From NCBI GenBank assembly GCA_022072175.1, contig JAJVIE010000003.1, positions 665,840 to 729,839 of the forward strand: DNA of 64,000 bases, given 5' to 3'. The notes below the pieces were generated by a model. The model saw only the letters and a list, made by a program, of their open reading frames with translations. It had not been told where the DNA came from and searched no databases. The position numbers and the translations under genes are program-made. This stretch comes from Candidatus Omnitrophota bacterium. Lineage in GTDB: Bacteria > Omnitrophota > Gorgyraeia > 2-02-FULL-51-18. Shown here one piece after another: positions 29,648 through 39,851 of this stretch; within the stretch, counting starts at the first letter, position 1, and each line of letters opens with the position of its first letter.

Positions 29648-31146
29648 CGGGCCATCCCTCCTGCCGCGGCCTCGATCGCCCTGAAAAGAGCCTTGGCCTT
29701 GTTGACGGTCTCCTCGTACTCCTTCGCGGGGTCCGAGTCCGCCACGATACCGGCTCCGGCCTGAGCCGTCGCGCGGCCGCCGCTCATCACGATGGTGCGG
29801 ATCGCGATGCAGGTGTCCATGTCCCCGGTATGGGAGAAGTAGCCCACGACACCGGAGTACAGGCCTCTCCTGCGATTCTCGAGACGATCGATGATCTCCA
29901 TGGCCCTGACCTTGGGCGCTCCCGAGATCGTGCCCGCGGGGAACGTCGCGCGCAAAAGGTCGTAGCCGTTGCGGCCCCTCGCCAGGCGACCCTCGACGTT
30001 GCTGACCAGGTGCATGACGTGCGAGTAACGCTCGACGGTGGAGAACTCCGTGACCTTGACGCTGCCGTACCCGCACACGCGGCCCAGGTCGTTGCGGCCG
30101 AGGTCGACCAACATCAGGTGCTCGGCGCGTTCCTTGGGGTCGGCCAGGAGCTCTCTTTCGAGCGCCTTGTCCTCGGAAGCGTCGCGGCCGCGGCGGCGCG
30201 TGCCGGCGATGGGCCTGAGCGAAGCGACCCCGGCGGTGCATTTGACGTGCACCTCAGGCGAGGATCCGGCGACCTTGAGCGGTCCGAAGTTGAGATAGAA
30301 CATGTACGGAGAGGGGTTGATGGAGCGCAGTGCCCGGTAGACCTCGAACGGCTCCGCCTTGAGCGGGGTGCTGAAAGCCTGCGAGAGCACCACCTGGAAA
30401 ATATCGCCCTTGCGGATATGCTCCTGGGCCTCGAGCACGGCCTTGCGGAATCCCGCTCGGGTAAAGTTCGAATCGATGCGGAGCTTGCCCGTCGGCCGCT
30501 CGATGGGCACGGGCAGGTTGCGAAGCTTGGCGGAGCGGAACAACCGAGAGGCGGCCGCATCGATGCGCCGGGCGGCCTCGCGGTAGGCGGCCGAGCCGGA
30601 ACGCCCGCGCCGGACGCGGGCCGAGCTGATGATGCGGATGCGCCGTTCGGTATGGTCGAAGACCACGATGATACGCGGCGCGACGAACACCATGTCCGGG
30701 AGGCCGGTCTTGTCGGGATTCTTGTCGGGGATCCGCTCGAAGAAGCGCACCGTGTCATAGCCCATGTAGCCGACGAAGCCCCCGGCGAAGGGCGGCATTC
30801 CCTGCAGCGGGGCTTGTCTGTACGAACGCTGGAGCGTCTGGAGTTCCCTCAGCGGATCCGTCCGGGTCTGCCAGACACGCGAACGTCCGCGCTCATCGGA
30901 GACCGTGATCTGGCGGCCTTTACTGGTGAAGACGGCGGAGGCGCCGATGCCCAGGATCGAGTAACGAGCCAGGGACTCCCCTCCCTCCACGGACTCCAAG
31001 AGCAGTGAGTAGGGCTCATCGCCGACCTTGAGGAAGCACGATACGGGCGTCTCGAGGTCCGCCAGATACTCGCGATACACGGGTATCGTGTCGTATCTCC
31101 GCGCCAGCCGCGCGAACGTCCGCGGGTCCGGGTGGTATCCCCGCAT
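29644..31146 (-). CDS. trpE: anthranilate synthase component I
   Basis: 500 aa. Chorismate-binding enzyme family. It starts 3 nt after the hisI stop, with no leader region. Confidence 0.9.
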   Translation of the reverse strand: MRGYHPDPRTFARLARRYDTIPVYREYLADLETPVSCFLKVGDEPYSLLLESVEGGESLARYSILGIGASAVFTSKGRQITVSDERGRSRVWQTRTDPLRELQTLQRSYRQAPLQGMPPFAGGFVGYMGYDTVRFFERIPDKNPDKTGLPDMVFVAPRIIVVFDHTERRIRIISSARVRRGRSGSAAYREAARRIDAAASRLFRSAKLRNLPVPIERPTGKLRIDSNFTRAGFRKAVLEAQEHIRKGDIFQVVLSQAFSTPLKAEPFEVYRALRSINPSPYMFYLNFGPLKVAGSSPEVHVKCTAGVASLRPIAGTRRRGRDASEDKALERELLADPKERAEHLMLVDLGRNDLGRVCGYGSVKVTEFSTVERYSHVMHLVSNVEGRLARGRNGYDLLRATFPAGTISGAPKVRAMEIIDRLENRRRGLYSGVVGYFSHTGDMDTCIAIRTIVMSGGRATAQAGAGIVADSDPAKEYEETVNKAKALFRAIEAAAGGMAR

Positions 31147-31149
31147 GGA

Positions 31150-31545
31150 TCAGTAGACTTTCTTGGGATCGAACACGAGCGGGTCCGTCACTTCGCGCGA
31201 AGCATCGTCCTTGATGCGTTCGAAGTAACAGCTGAAATAACCCTTGTGGCATCCGGCGACGTTCTGGTCGATCACGAACAGCAACGACTTGCCCTCGCAG
31301 TCCGGCCTGAACTCCCGCACCGCCTGCGTGTGTCCGGAGGTCTCGCCTTTTTTCATCAGCTTGTTCTGCGAGCGGCGGAACAGGTGGATGTACCCCGTCT
31401 CGAGCGTCGCTCGGAGCGAGATCTCGTTCATGTAGCAGAGCGTCAGCACCTGCTTGGTCTTGCGGTCCTGGATGATGGAGGGGATGAGCCCCTGAGCGTC
31501 GAACTTGAGCGAGCTTTTGATCTGTTCGAAGATGGCGTCGTTCAT
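31150..31545 (-). CDS. hisI: phosphoribosyl-AMP cyclohydrolase (HisI domain only)
   Basis: 131 aa. HisI family profile, with no fused HisE domain. Confidence 0.85.
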   Translation of the reverse strand: MNDAIFEQIKSSLKFDAQGLIPSIIQDRKTKQVLTLCYMNEISLRATLETGYIHLFRRSQNKLMKKGETSGHTQAVREFRPDCEGKSLLFVIDQNVAGCHKGYFSCYFERIKDDASREVTDPLVFDPKKVY

Positions 31546-32300
31546 GACCTGACCGTGATCCCTTTCTGCTTCAGATAGCGTTTGACCTGCCCGACCGTGA
31601 ACTGACGATAATGAAAGATGCTGGCCGCCAGCACCGCGTCGGCCTTGCCGCGGGTCAGTCCGGCCGCCAGATGCGAGAGCTCACCGGCCCCTCCGGAGGC
31701 GATGACCGGCACGCGTACGGCCGAGGACACCCTGCGGAGCAGCTCAAGATCATAGCCGTTCTTGGTGCCATCGCGGTCCATGCTCGTCAGCAGGATCTCC
31801 CCCGCCCCGAGCTTCTCGCAGCGCCTGGCCCACCGGACCGCGTCCAGACCGGTCGCCGTGCGTCCCCCGTGCGTGAAGACCTCCCACCTGCGGGACCCCG
31901 TGCGCTTGGCATCGATGGCGACCACCACGCACTGGGCTCCGAACCTCCTCGAGGCCTTGCGGATGAGCTCGGGATCCTTGACGCCGGCGGTGTTGATGGA
32001 GACCTTGTCGGCCCCGGCCGCCAGGAGCGTGCGGATGTCCTCGATGGAAGAGACACCGCCGCCGACCGTCAGGGGGATGAACACCTGCTCGGCCGTACGG
32101 CGCACGACATCAAGGATGATCTTGCGCTTCTCATGCGAAGCGGTGATGTCCAGGAACACCAGCTCGTCCGCTCCGGCCCGATCATAAAAAAGCGCGCACT
32201 GCACCGGATCTCCCGCATCGCGCAGACCCACGAAGTTGGTCCCCTTGACCACTCGCCCGTCCTTCACATCTAAACAGGGGATCACGCGCTTGGCAAGCAT
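31542..32300 (-). CDS. hisF: imidazole glycerol phosphate synthase, cyclase subunit
   Basis: 252 aa. [20 protein letters not shown]. Confidence 0.92.
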   Translation of the reverse strand: MLAKRVIPCLDVKDGRVVKGTNFVGLRDAGDPVQCALFYDRAGADELVFLDITASHEKRKIILDVVRRTAEQVFIPLTVGGGVSSIEDIRTLLAAGADKVSINTAGVKDPELIRKASRRFGAQCVVVAIDAKRTGSRRWEVFTHGGRTATGLDAVRWARRCEKLGAGEILLTSMDRDGTKNGYDLELLRRVSSAVRVPVIASGGAGELSHLAAGLTRGKADAVLAASIFHYRQFTVGQVKRYLKQKGITVRS

Positions 32301-33013
32301 GTTCTCACCGCGTCCGCGACGCTGAACTTCTTCTCGTACAAGGCTTTACCGATGATGGCGCCGAGCAGATTGGGCTTGCGCAGCGCTTCGAGCGCCCGGA
32401 GATCGTCCAGGCTCGAGACGCCTCCTGAGGCGATCACCCCGATGCCGCCGAGATCGAGCATCGTGCCGAGCTCCTTGAGGTTCGGCCCGGTCAGGGCTCC
32501 ATCCCGGTCGATGTCGGTGTAGATGATCGTCCGTCCTCCAAGGGACGACACGGACTCCGCCAGGCCCCTGGCCCGCAGTTCCGTGACCTTCCTCCAGCCG
32601 TCCGTGGCGACCTGACCGCGCACCGCGTCGATACCGATGATCGCGCGCTCACCGAACTCCCGCAAGGCCTCTTTCAGGAAACCGGGGTCCAGACAGGCTT
32701 GAGTGCCGAAGATCACCCAGCGCACTCCGGCTTCGAGCGCCCGGTGCGCGCTCCCGAGGTCCCTCAGACCTCCGCCGAGCTCCACGGGCACCTTGACCCG
32801 ACGCAGGATCGCCCTAACAGCGTCCATGTTGGCCTGAGCTCCGTCGCGCGCGCCGTCGAGGTCGACGACATGCAATCGCCGCGCGCCCTGTTCCTCGAAG
32901 ACGGCGGCCACATCGGCCGGGGCGTCCGCATAGACCGTTTCGCGGTCGAAATCGCCCTTGAACAACCGAACGGCCTTGCCTCCGCGCAGATCGATCGCCG
33001 GGATCGGGATCAT
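32282..33013 (-). CDS. hisA: ProFAR isomerase
   Basis: 243 aa. [17 protein letters not shown]. Confidence 0.9.
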   Translation of the reverse strand: MIPIPAIDLRGGKAVRLFKGDFDRETVYADAPADVAAVFEEQGARRLHVVDLDGARDGAQANMDAVRAILRRVKVPVELGGGLRDLGSAHRALEAGVRWVIFGTQACLDPGFLKEALREFGERAIIGIDAVRGQVATDGWRKVTELRARGLAESVSSLGGRTIIYTDIDRDGALTGPNLKELGTMLDLGGIGVIASGGVSSLDDLRALEALRKPNLLGAIIGKALYEKKFSVADAVRTCLPSA

Positions 33014-33615
33014 GAGACGGTCCTCACGAAATTACGCAACAGACGCAAGCCCTGCGACTGGCTCTTCTCCGGATGGAACTGCGTCGCCCAGATGGAGCCG
33101 CTCTCGACGGCCGCGCAGATCCGCGTGCCGTAGAAGGTCGTCGCCGCCAGACAGCCGGGATCCTCGGGGACCGCGTAGTACGAATGCACGAAGTAGTAGT
33201 ACGTTCCGTCCTTGATGCCCGACAGCAGCTTGGGTCGACCGCTCCGCTGGATGTCGTTCCAGCCCATATGCGGGACCTTGAGGCGGCCGCGGAAGCGCAC
33301 GACGCGGCCCTTGAGCAGTCCCAGGCCCCTGACACCCGGCGACTCTTCGCTCGACTCGAACAGCAACTGCAGTCCGAGGCAGAGACCGAGATAAGGCGTG
33401 CCGCTGCGGACCGCATCGCGGACGGACGCGTGCAGGCCCCTGCGGCGCAGTTCGCTGACAGCGTCCCCGTAGGCGCCGACACCAGGCAGCACGATCGCGC
33501 GGGCCCGGGTCAGCCCCGCCGCCGAATCGACGCGGCGCACCCGCGCGCCGGCCTCTTCGAGGGCTTTCTCCACACTGCGGAGATTGCCCATTCCATAATC
33601 GATCAGAGCGATCAC
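33010..33615 (-). CDS. hisH: imidazole glycerol phosphate synthase, glutaminase subunit
   Basis: 201 aa. MIALIDYGMGNLRSV, and GLCLGLQ catalytic Cys. Confidence 0.9.
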   Translation of the reverse strand: MIALIDYGMGNLRSVEKALEEAGARVRRVDSAAGLTRARAIVLPGVGAYGDAVSELRRRGLHASVRDAVRSGTPYLGLCLGLQLLFESSEESPGVRGLGLLKGRVVRFRGRLKVPHMGWNDIQRSGRPKLLSGIKDGTYYYFVHSYYAVPEDPGCLAATTFYGTRICAAVESGSIWATQFHPEKSQSQGLRLLRNFVRTVS

Positions 33616-34253
33616 AGACGGCCTTTGGTCGAAGGGATCCCGCGCGTGCGGGCATCCGGCGTGACGGCCTGATCGAGCGCGCGGGCCAGGGCCTTGAACG
33701 TCGCCTCGATGACGTGATGCGGGTACTCTCCGGCGATCAGCTCGACGTGCAGTGTCGCGCCCATGTTGGCCGCCAAGGATTCCAGGAAATGCTTGGCGTC
33801 GGCCAGGGTGTAGTTCATCGCATTGGGCTTGGACCGCACGGCCGGATGCTCGACCCAGCGCGTTTTCGCCCGTGTGTGGAGATGGAACGAGCCCCTACCG
33901 CTCAAGTCCAGGCTCACCCGCGCTTCGGCGAGAGCCTCATCGAGCGGCGCGCGAAAGTCCCCGAACCTCCGGATGCCGGCCTTATCGCCGAGGGCCTGGC
34001 GGAAAGCCGTGCCGAGAGCGATGCCGACGTCCTCGTTGGTGTGGTGCGTGTCCACCTGCAGGTCACCTGTGGCCGTCAGTCGGATGTCGAAGCGTCCATG
34101 CTTGGCCATCGACTCGATCATGTGGTCCAAAAATGCGATGCCCGTCCGGACCCGCGAGCGTCCGGTGCCGTCCACCGACAGTTCGACGCGGATCGAGGTC
34201 TCTTTGGTGCGCCGGAGAAGTTTGGCGCTTCTTTTCGTGCGAGCCGACTTCAT
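33612..34253 (-). CDS. hisB: imidazoleglycerol-phosphate dehydratase
   Basis: 213 aa. RRTKETSIRVELSVDG, and the IGPD family profile. Confidence 0.88.
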   Translation of the reverse strand: MKSARTKRSAKLLRRTKETSIRVELSVDGTGRSRVRTGIAFLDHMIESMAKHGRFDIRLTATGDLQVDTHHTNEDVGIALGTAFRQALGDKAGIRRFGDFRAPLDEALAEARVSLDLSGRGSFHLHTRAKTRWVEHPAVRSKPNAMNYTLADAKHFLESLAANMGATLHVELIAGEYPHHVIEATFKALARALDQAVTPDARTRGIPSTKGRL

Positions 34254-35488
34254 TTGTGCACCGCCTTTTCGAAACGGATCCGGACCGACTCCATGTGACG
34301 CGGCAGGCCCTCGAGCGTGGCCAGGTGTTCGACGGCGCCTTTGACCCGCTCGAGCGCCTTGCGGCTATAGGAGATCACGTGCGAGCTCTTCAGGAAGTCG
34401 TGCACGCTGATCCCCGAGAAGAACCGCGCAGTCCCATTGGTCGGCAGGACGTGGCTCGGGCCCGCGACATAGTCGCCCACGGCCGTCGGCGTGTAGGGCC
34501 CGATGAAGATCGCGCCGGCGTGACGGATGTCCGGCAGGACGCGCTTGGGGTTGCGGACCATGATCTGCAGGTGTTCAGGGGCGATCTGGTTGACGATCTC
34601 AGCGCCCTGCTTGAGACTGGGCACCGCGACGATGTAACCTTTGATCTGCACGCGGCTGATGAGCCGCGCCAGGCGCTTGGAGGTGGTCACAAGGATAGAG
34701 GTCCCGTTGTGGTGCTCGGCCTGCGCGTGCAAGTCGGCGATCACGAAATCCGGGTCCGCCTCATCGTCCGCCAGCACGACGACCTCGCTGGGACCGGCGA
34801 CCATGTCGATGTCGCAGTAGCCGAACACTTGGCGCTTGGCCTCGGCGACGTAGGCGTTGCCGGGACCCACGATCTTGTCCACCCGGGGGATGGACCGTGT
34901 GCCGAAAGCCAGCGCGCCGATCGCCTGCGCCCCTCCCGCCTTGAAGACCCCGTCCACCTTGAGCAGGTTGGCCACCACCAGGATATGGGGGTCGACGCTC
35001 TTGTACTTGTTGGGCGGCGTGATCAGATAGACCTTCTTCACCCCGGCGAGCTTGGCCGGCAGCACCGTCATGTACACGGACGACGGCAGGGGCACCGTAC
35101 CCGAAGGGATGTAGATGCCGACGGACTCCAGCGGCCGAATCCGCTCCCCCAGCTCCACACCCTCTTCACGCACCGTCCTCCAGGAGCGCTTGACCTGTTT
35201 GCGGTAGAACTGATTGACGTTCTCCACCGCGACCTTGAGCGAGGCGATGAAATCCGGTCCGATGTTCTGATAGGCCCCGTTGATCTCGCTCTCGGTGGCG
35301 CGCAGCTCCTTGGGCGTCAGCCGCACCTTGTCGAAGCGGCGCGTGTAGCGGAGCACCGCGTCGTCCCCGCCGCTCTTGACGTCCTCAAGGATGCGGCGCA
35401 CGGTCTCCTCCACGCGGCGGTTACGCGTGGCGTTGCGTTGGAAGAGCTTCTGGAACTTCTGGCTCGAGGGCTTGACGATCTGCATCAA
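34250..35488 (-). CDS. hisD: histidinol dehydrogenase
   Basis: 412 aa. HisD family profile. Its start overlaps the alaS stop by 4 bp. Confidence 0.9.
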   Translation of the reverse strand: MMQIVKPSSQKFQKLFQRNATRNRRVEETVRRILEDVKSGGDDAVLRYTRRFDKVRLTPKELRATESEINGAYQNIGPDFIASLKVAVENVNQFYRKQVKRSWRTVREEGVELGERIRPLESVGIYIPSGTVPLPSSVYMTVLPAKLAGVKKVYLITPPNKYKSVDPHILVVANLLKVDGVFKAGGAQAIGALAFGTRSIPRVDKIVGPGNAYVAEAKRQVFGYCDIDMVAGPSEVVVLADDEADPDFVIADLHAQAEHHNGTSILVTTSKRLARLISRVQIKGYIVAVPSLKQGAEIVNQIAPEHLQIMVRNPKRVLPDIRHAGAIFIGPYTPTAVGDYVAGPSHVLPTNGTARFFSGISVHDFLKSSHVISYSRKALERVKGAVEHLATLEGLPRHMESVRIRFEKAVHK

Positions 35489-38067
35489 TTCTTCTCCGTG
35501 AGCGTGCGCCGCGCCAACTGTGCCGCGAGGCCCAGCGCTTCGGCGGCGCGCGAAATTTCCTTGGACCCCCCGGTCGCGAAGTCGGGCTTGCCCCCGCCGG
35601 ACCCGCCGATGGCCTTGGCGATCTCCTTCACCGTGTTGCCGCAGTGAAATCCCTTCTTGACCGCCTCGGACCCGGCCGAGAGCGTGAACGAGAACTTGTC
35701 CTCGAACACCGAAACCACGGCCGCCACATGAGAGGCGTCGGACTTACGAAGCGCCTCAAGCTCGCGCCGGATGAGCTCGGGGTCGGCGTTGTTGAAGCTC
35801 AACTCCAGACAGCGGACCCCCGCGAAACTGCTTGCCCCTCCCAATCCCTCGGTCAATCTCTGGCGGACCCGGCTCTGCGCCTGTCCGGACAGACGGTCGC
35901 GCAGGCTCCTGAGCCGCTCGACCTCCATACGGATCCGCCCGACGGTCTGTTCGGGGCTCGGGGACGAGAACTCCCGCTGGAGTTCCTTGAGCTCGGCCCG
36001 GGCCGCTTCCAGCATCGCGTCGGCGGCGCGTCCGGTGACGGCCTCGATCCGGCGCACGCCCGCCTGGATGGAGCTCTCGGAGGTGATCCTGAAAGACCCG
36101 ATCTGCCCGGTCTCGCGCAAGTGCGTGCCACCGCAAAGCTCCTTCGAAAAATCCCCGATGGTCACGACGCGGACCGTGTCGCCGTACTTCTCGCCGAAGA
36201 ACGCGATGGCACCCTCCTTGATCGCATCGTCCTTGGAGAGCTCGCGCTTGTCGAGCGGGGTGTTCTTGGAGATCTCGGTGTTGACGAGCGTCTCGATCTC
36301 CGCGATCTTGTCCGGACCCACGGCCTGGAAGTGGGTGAAGTCGAAACGCAGGTGGTCCGCCGCCACCAACGATCCGGATTGCTTGACGTGATCGCCGAGC
36401 GCGCGGCGCAGAGCCGCGTGCAACAGGTGCGTGGCGGTATGGTTCTTCATGATGTCGGCGCGGCGGACCGCGTCGACAGCCAACGCGTACGTTGTGCCGG
36501 GCCTGAAGGCGCCTTGTTTGACGACGACCTTGTGCGCGATGCAGTGGTCCATCTTCTGCGTGTCCAGGACATCGGCTTCGGCCCCTGCCCCGGCGATCCG
36601 TCCGGCATCGCCGATCTGGCCGCCGGACTCCGCGTAGAACGGAGACTTGTCGAACAACAGCACGCCCTCCTCGCCAGCCTTGAGCTCGGGGACGATGGCG
36701 TCGCCCTTGACGGCGCGAAGCAGGTTCGCCCGGGGCTCCTCGGTCGCATCGTAACCCAGGAAGCGCGTGGGACCCAGGCCGTCGATCAAGTGATAGAAAC
36801 CCTTGGAGAAGATCTCCCCGGCGATCTTCGAGGATTCGCGCGAGCGCTTCTTCTGCTCCGACAGCAACGCCTCGAACCGCTCGGGATCGAGCGTGACGCC
36901 GACCGTCTGAGCGGCCTCCTGGATCAACTCGAACGGCAATCCGTGCGTATCGTAGAACTTGAACGCCGTCGCGGCCGGGTCCTTGGACGCCGGTAGCTCC
37001 GACTTGAGCGCGGGCACCCGAGTGCGGATGATCTCCCAGAACGCCCTCTCCTCGTTCTCGATGATGCCCGTGATCGTCTTCTGACGCTCGGAGATCTCCG
37101 GGTAGACCCCGCCGTACACATCGACCACCGCCGGGATCAGCTTGTGGAAGACCCCGCTGTCGACGGCACCCGCCTTCTGCAGATGGTCGCTGGCCAGGCG
37201 GATGATCTTGCGGATCACATAACCGCGGCCTTCATTGGACGGCAGCGCGCCGTCGGCGATGGAGAACACGGCCGCTCGGATGTGGTCGAGCACCGCGTTC
37301 TCGCGCGCCCGCTCCTTGCCCGGCGTCTTGAGCAAGCGGTGGAGCTCCGCGCGCAGGCGCACGAAGTTATCGGTGTCAAAATTGGACTCCACACCCTGGA
37401 TGACCGCGGCGCAGCGCTCAAGACCCATGCCGGTGTCGATATTGGGCTGGGGCAGCGGCGGCAGGGACCCATCGGACTGGCGGTTGTAGCCGGTGAAGAC
37501 GAGGTTCCAGATCTCCACGCCCTTGCCAGGCACTTCACCCACGTAGATCTCCGAGCAGGGGCCGCACGGACCGTTAGGGCCGTCCTTGGGCGCGTTGGAA
37601 GGCCAGAAGTTGTCCTCAGCGCCCATGCGGACGATGCGCGCCTCGGGCACGCCCATCTTCTTCTTCCAGATGTCGAACGCTTCCTGGTCCTCCTCGTAGA
37701 CGGAGACCCAGAGCTTGTCCTTGGGGAGGCCGAGCTCGCGCGTAACGAACTCCCACCCCATCTCGATGGCGCCTTCTTTGAAATAGTCGCCGAAAGAGAA
37801 GTTACCGAGCATCTCGAAGAAGCTGTGGTGATAATTGGTCTTGCCGACACGATCGAGGTCGGCGGTGCGCAGGCATTTCTGACAGCTGGTGGCCCGTTTG
37901 ACGTCCTTCTTGAGCCCGAGGAAATACGGCTTGAACTGGTTCATGCCAGCGCCCGTGAAGAGCAGCGACGGATCGTCCGCCGGCACGAGCGAGTCGCTGG
38001 GGAACAGGCGGTGGGCCTTCCGTTCGAAGAATTGCAGGTAGGTCTTACGAAGTTCGTCGGTCTTCAT
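35485..38067 (-). CDS. alaS: alanine--tRNA ligase
   Basis: 860 aa. Class II aaRS core (FTGAGMNQFKP), editing domain (HTATHLLHAALR), and a C-terminal DHHA1-like region. Confidence 0.95.
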   Translation of the reverse strand: MKTDELRKTYLQFFERKAHRLFPSDSLVPADDPSLLFTGAGMNQFKPYFLGLKKDVKRATSCQKCLRTADLDRVGKTNYHHSFFEMLGNFSFGDYFKEGAIEMGWEFVTRELGLPKDKLWVSVYEEDQEAFDIWKKKMGVPEARIVRMGAEDNFWPSNAPKDGPNGPCGPCSEIYVGEVPGKGVEIWNLVFTGYNRQSDGSLPPLPQPNIDTGMGLERCAAVIQGVESNFDTDNFVRLRAELHRLLKTPGKERARENAVLDHIRAAVFSIADGALPSNEGRGYVIRKIIRLASDHLQKAGAVDSGVFHKLIPAVVDVYGGVYPEISERQKTITGIIENEERAFWEIIRTRVPALKSELPASKDPAATAFKFYDTHGLPFELIQEAAQTVGVTLDPERFEALLSEQKKRSRESSKIAGEIFSKGFYHLIDGLGPTRFLGYDATEEPRANLLRAVKGDAIVPELKAGEEGVLLFDKSPFYAESGGQIGDAGRIAGAGAEADVLDTQKMDHCIAHKVVVKQGAFRPGTTYALAVDAVRRADIMKNHTATHLLHAALRRALGDHVKQSGSLVAADHLRFDFTHFQAVGPDKIAEIETLVNTEISKNTPLDKRELSKDDAIKEGAIAFFGEKYGDTVRVVTIGDFSKELCGGTHLRETGQIGSFRITSESSIQAGVRRIEAVTGRAADAMLEAARAELKELQREFSSPSPEQTVGRIRMEVERLRSLRDRLSGQAQSRVRQRLTEGLGGASSFAGVRCLELSFNNADPELIRRELEALRKSDASHVAAVVSVFEDKFSFTLSAGSEAVKKGFHCGNTVKEIAKAIGGSGGGKPDFATGGSKEISRAAEALGLAAQLARRTLTEKN

Positions 38068-38082
38068 GTGGCGGCGTTCCCG

Positions 38083-38604
38083 TCACTCCACTTTGAGGTG
38101 CTTGTCGAACAACTTGAAGATCAAACCTTCCCCGAACCCCCTGCGGCGCAGGAGGCCGTACAGGCGCGCCCTGCGCTTGTCCGCCGCAAGACCCGGCATC
38201 TTGGCCAGCCGCCGGAGCAGGAGCGTCTCGGCCGCCGACAGTTCGTCCTCGGGACTCAACCCCGACATCGCTTCGGACACCGTGCGCTCGGCGAACCCGC
38301 GCCGGCGGAGCTCCTGGGCGATCCTCACGCGGCCGAGACCCGCCGAAGCGGCCTTGGCCGAAGCCATCATGCGCGCCACCCGACCGTCGTCGACCAGACC
38401 GGCCGAGGCCAGCTTGTCCACGGCCGCTTCGGCGGTCGCGCGGTCATGGCCTTTATCCGCCAGTCGCTTCAACAGCTCCGCGCGGCTCCTGGGCCGGTAC
38501 GAGAGGAGGCGCAGGGCGTCGCTCTGCGCTCGGACCGACGGATCCTCCGAAACGGCAAGCCCGGCCTTGTCGCGGCCGGGCTTGGGACGCTGTCGGAACG
38601 TCAA
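38083..38604 (-). CDS. recX: recombination regulator RecX
   Basis: 173 aa. RecX family repeats ([19 protein letters not shown]). It overlaps recA by 4 bp. Confidence 0.85.
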   Translation of the reverse strand: MTFRQRPKPGRDKAGLAVSEDPSVRAQSDALRLLSYRPRSRAELLKRLADKGHDRATAEAAVDKLASAGLVDDGRVARMMASAKAASAGLGRVRIAQELRRRGFAERTVSEAMSGLSPEDELSAAETLLLRRLAKMPGLAADKRRARLYGLLRRRGFGEGLIFKLFDKHLKVE

Positions 38605-39647
38605 GCGGCGGTGACGGCGGTGGACTTATCGAGGATCTTCTTCTCGATCTCCGCCAGGACCTTAGGATTCTCGCGCAGGTACGCCTTGGCGTTCTCGCGA
38701 CCCTGACCCAGTCGCTCGTCCCCGTAGAGGATCCAGCTACCGCTCGCCTTGGTGATCTCGTAGGTCTCCGCCATGTCCAGCACGCTGCCGAGGAACGAGA
38801 CGCCCTCGTCGTACATCAGGTCGAACTCCGCTTGCTTGAAGGGCGGCGCGACCTTGTTCTTGACGACCTTCACGCGTACGCGGCCGCCGACGTTCTCCTC
38901 GCCACGCTTGATCTGCGCGATACGCCGGATGTCGAGACGGACGGACGAGTAGAATTTCAGCGCCCTGCCGCCCGGGGTCGTTTCCGGGTTGCCGTACATG
39001 ACACCGATCTTCTCGCGCAGCTGGTTGATGAACACCAGGCAAGACTTGGACTTGGAGATGACCGCCGTCAGCTTGCGCAGCGCATGGCTCATGAGCCGGG
39101 CCTGCAGACCCACGTGCGAGTCGCCCATATCGCCCTCGATCTCGGCCTTGGGCACCAGGGCCGCCACCGAGTCGACGACGATCAGATCGACCGCGTTGGA
39201 GCGCACGAGCATCTCAGTGATCTCCAGCGCCTGCTCTCCGGTGTCCGGCTGGGAGATGAGGAGCTCATCGAGGTTCACCCCGAGCTTCTTGGCGTACGCG
39301 GAGTCGAAGGCATGCTCCGCGTCGATAAAGGCGGCGGTGCCCTTCTGCTTCTGGGCCTGCGCGATGATGCTCAAGGTCAGGGTGGTCTTGCCGCTCGACT
39401 CGGGTCCGTAGATCTCCACGATGCGACCGCGCGGGATACCGCCCACGCCCAACGCGATGTCCAGCGACATCGCGCCCGTCGGAATGACGGACACGTCCGC
39501 CTTGACGTTCTGGCCCAGGGTCATGATGGACCCTTTGCCGAACTGCTTCTCGATCTGCGATACGGCCGCATCGAGTGCCCGGCGCTTTTCGGCCAGGATC
39601 AGCTTCGGGTCGGGCCTGTCTTCTTTGCGCTCCTTGATCTTCGACAT
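38601..39647 (-). CDS. recA: recombinase RecA
   Basis: 348 aa. GPESSGKTT Walker A and the canonical RecA profile. Confidence 0.97.
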   Translation of the reverse strand: MSKIKERKEDRPDPKLILAEKRRALDAAVSQIEKQFGKGSIMTLGQNVKADVSVIPTGAMSLDIALGVGGIPRGRIVEIYGPESSGKTTLTLSIIAQAQKQKGTAAFIDAEHAFDSAYAKKLGVNLDELLISQPDTGEQALEITEMLVRSNAVDLIVVDSVAALVPKAEIEGDMGDSHVGLQARLMSHALRKLTAVISKSKSCLVFINQLREKIGVMYGNPETTPGGRALKFYSSVRLDIRRIAQIKRGEENVGGRVRVKVVKNKVAPPFKQAEFDLMYDEGVSFLGSVLDMAETYEITKASGSWILYGDERLGQGRENAKAYLRENPKVLAEIEKKILDKSTAVTAA

Positions 39648-39725
39648 GAGGTCCCACTGCCTCCGGTGTTATCTCTTTCGCTGTGAACAGGTTACGAGCT
39701 GGCGGCCTCTGCTCCAGAGGTATGC

Positions 39726-39754
39726 ATTATACCCCCCGTCCGAGGGGGTGTAAA
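39726..39754 (-). promoter_or_regulatory. putative recA promoter: TTTACA-17-TATAAT on the minus strand, with a G/C palindrome filling the spacer
   Basis: Minus strand reads TTTACA (39749-39754), a 17-nt spacer, then TATAAT (39726-39731). The spacer contains the inverted repeat CCCCCC-GTCCGA-GGGGG (39732-39748). This gives an about 80-nt 5' UTR holding the GTGAACAGGTTAC element and a CCTCTG-CTC-CAGAGG hairpin. Confidence 0.4.
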
Positions 39755-39815
39755 GCCTCCGCGCCATCCTATAAGTCGTCGTGGGGGCTCGATTTCGTTC
39801 ACTTCGGGACCGGGA

Positions 39816-39845
39816 TTGTGCCTGCCCGGTGCGCGGGTCTATAAT
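39816..39845 (+). promoter_or_regulatory. putative cinA promoter (TTGTGC-18-TATAAT), -10 only 6 nt before the ATG (leaderless-type)
   Basis: Perfect TATAAT at 39840-39845. The cinA ATG is at 39852. No Shine-Dalgarno sequence is possible in the 6-nt interval. Confidence 0.35.
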
Positions 39846-39851
39846 GTCCGC

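Noticed and set aside
39683-39695. LexA/SOS box upstream of recA
   Set aside because: GTGAACAGGTTAC does not fit the E. coli (CTGT-N8-ACAG) consensus, nor cleanly the Cheo box (GAAC-N4-GTTC). Without the organism's LexA motif this cannot be called. It is noted in the findings only.
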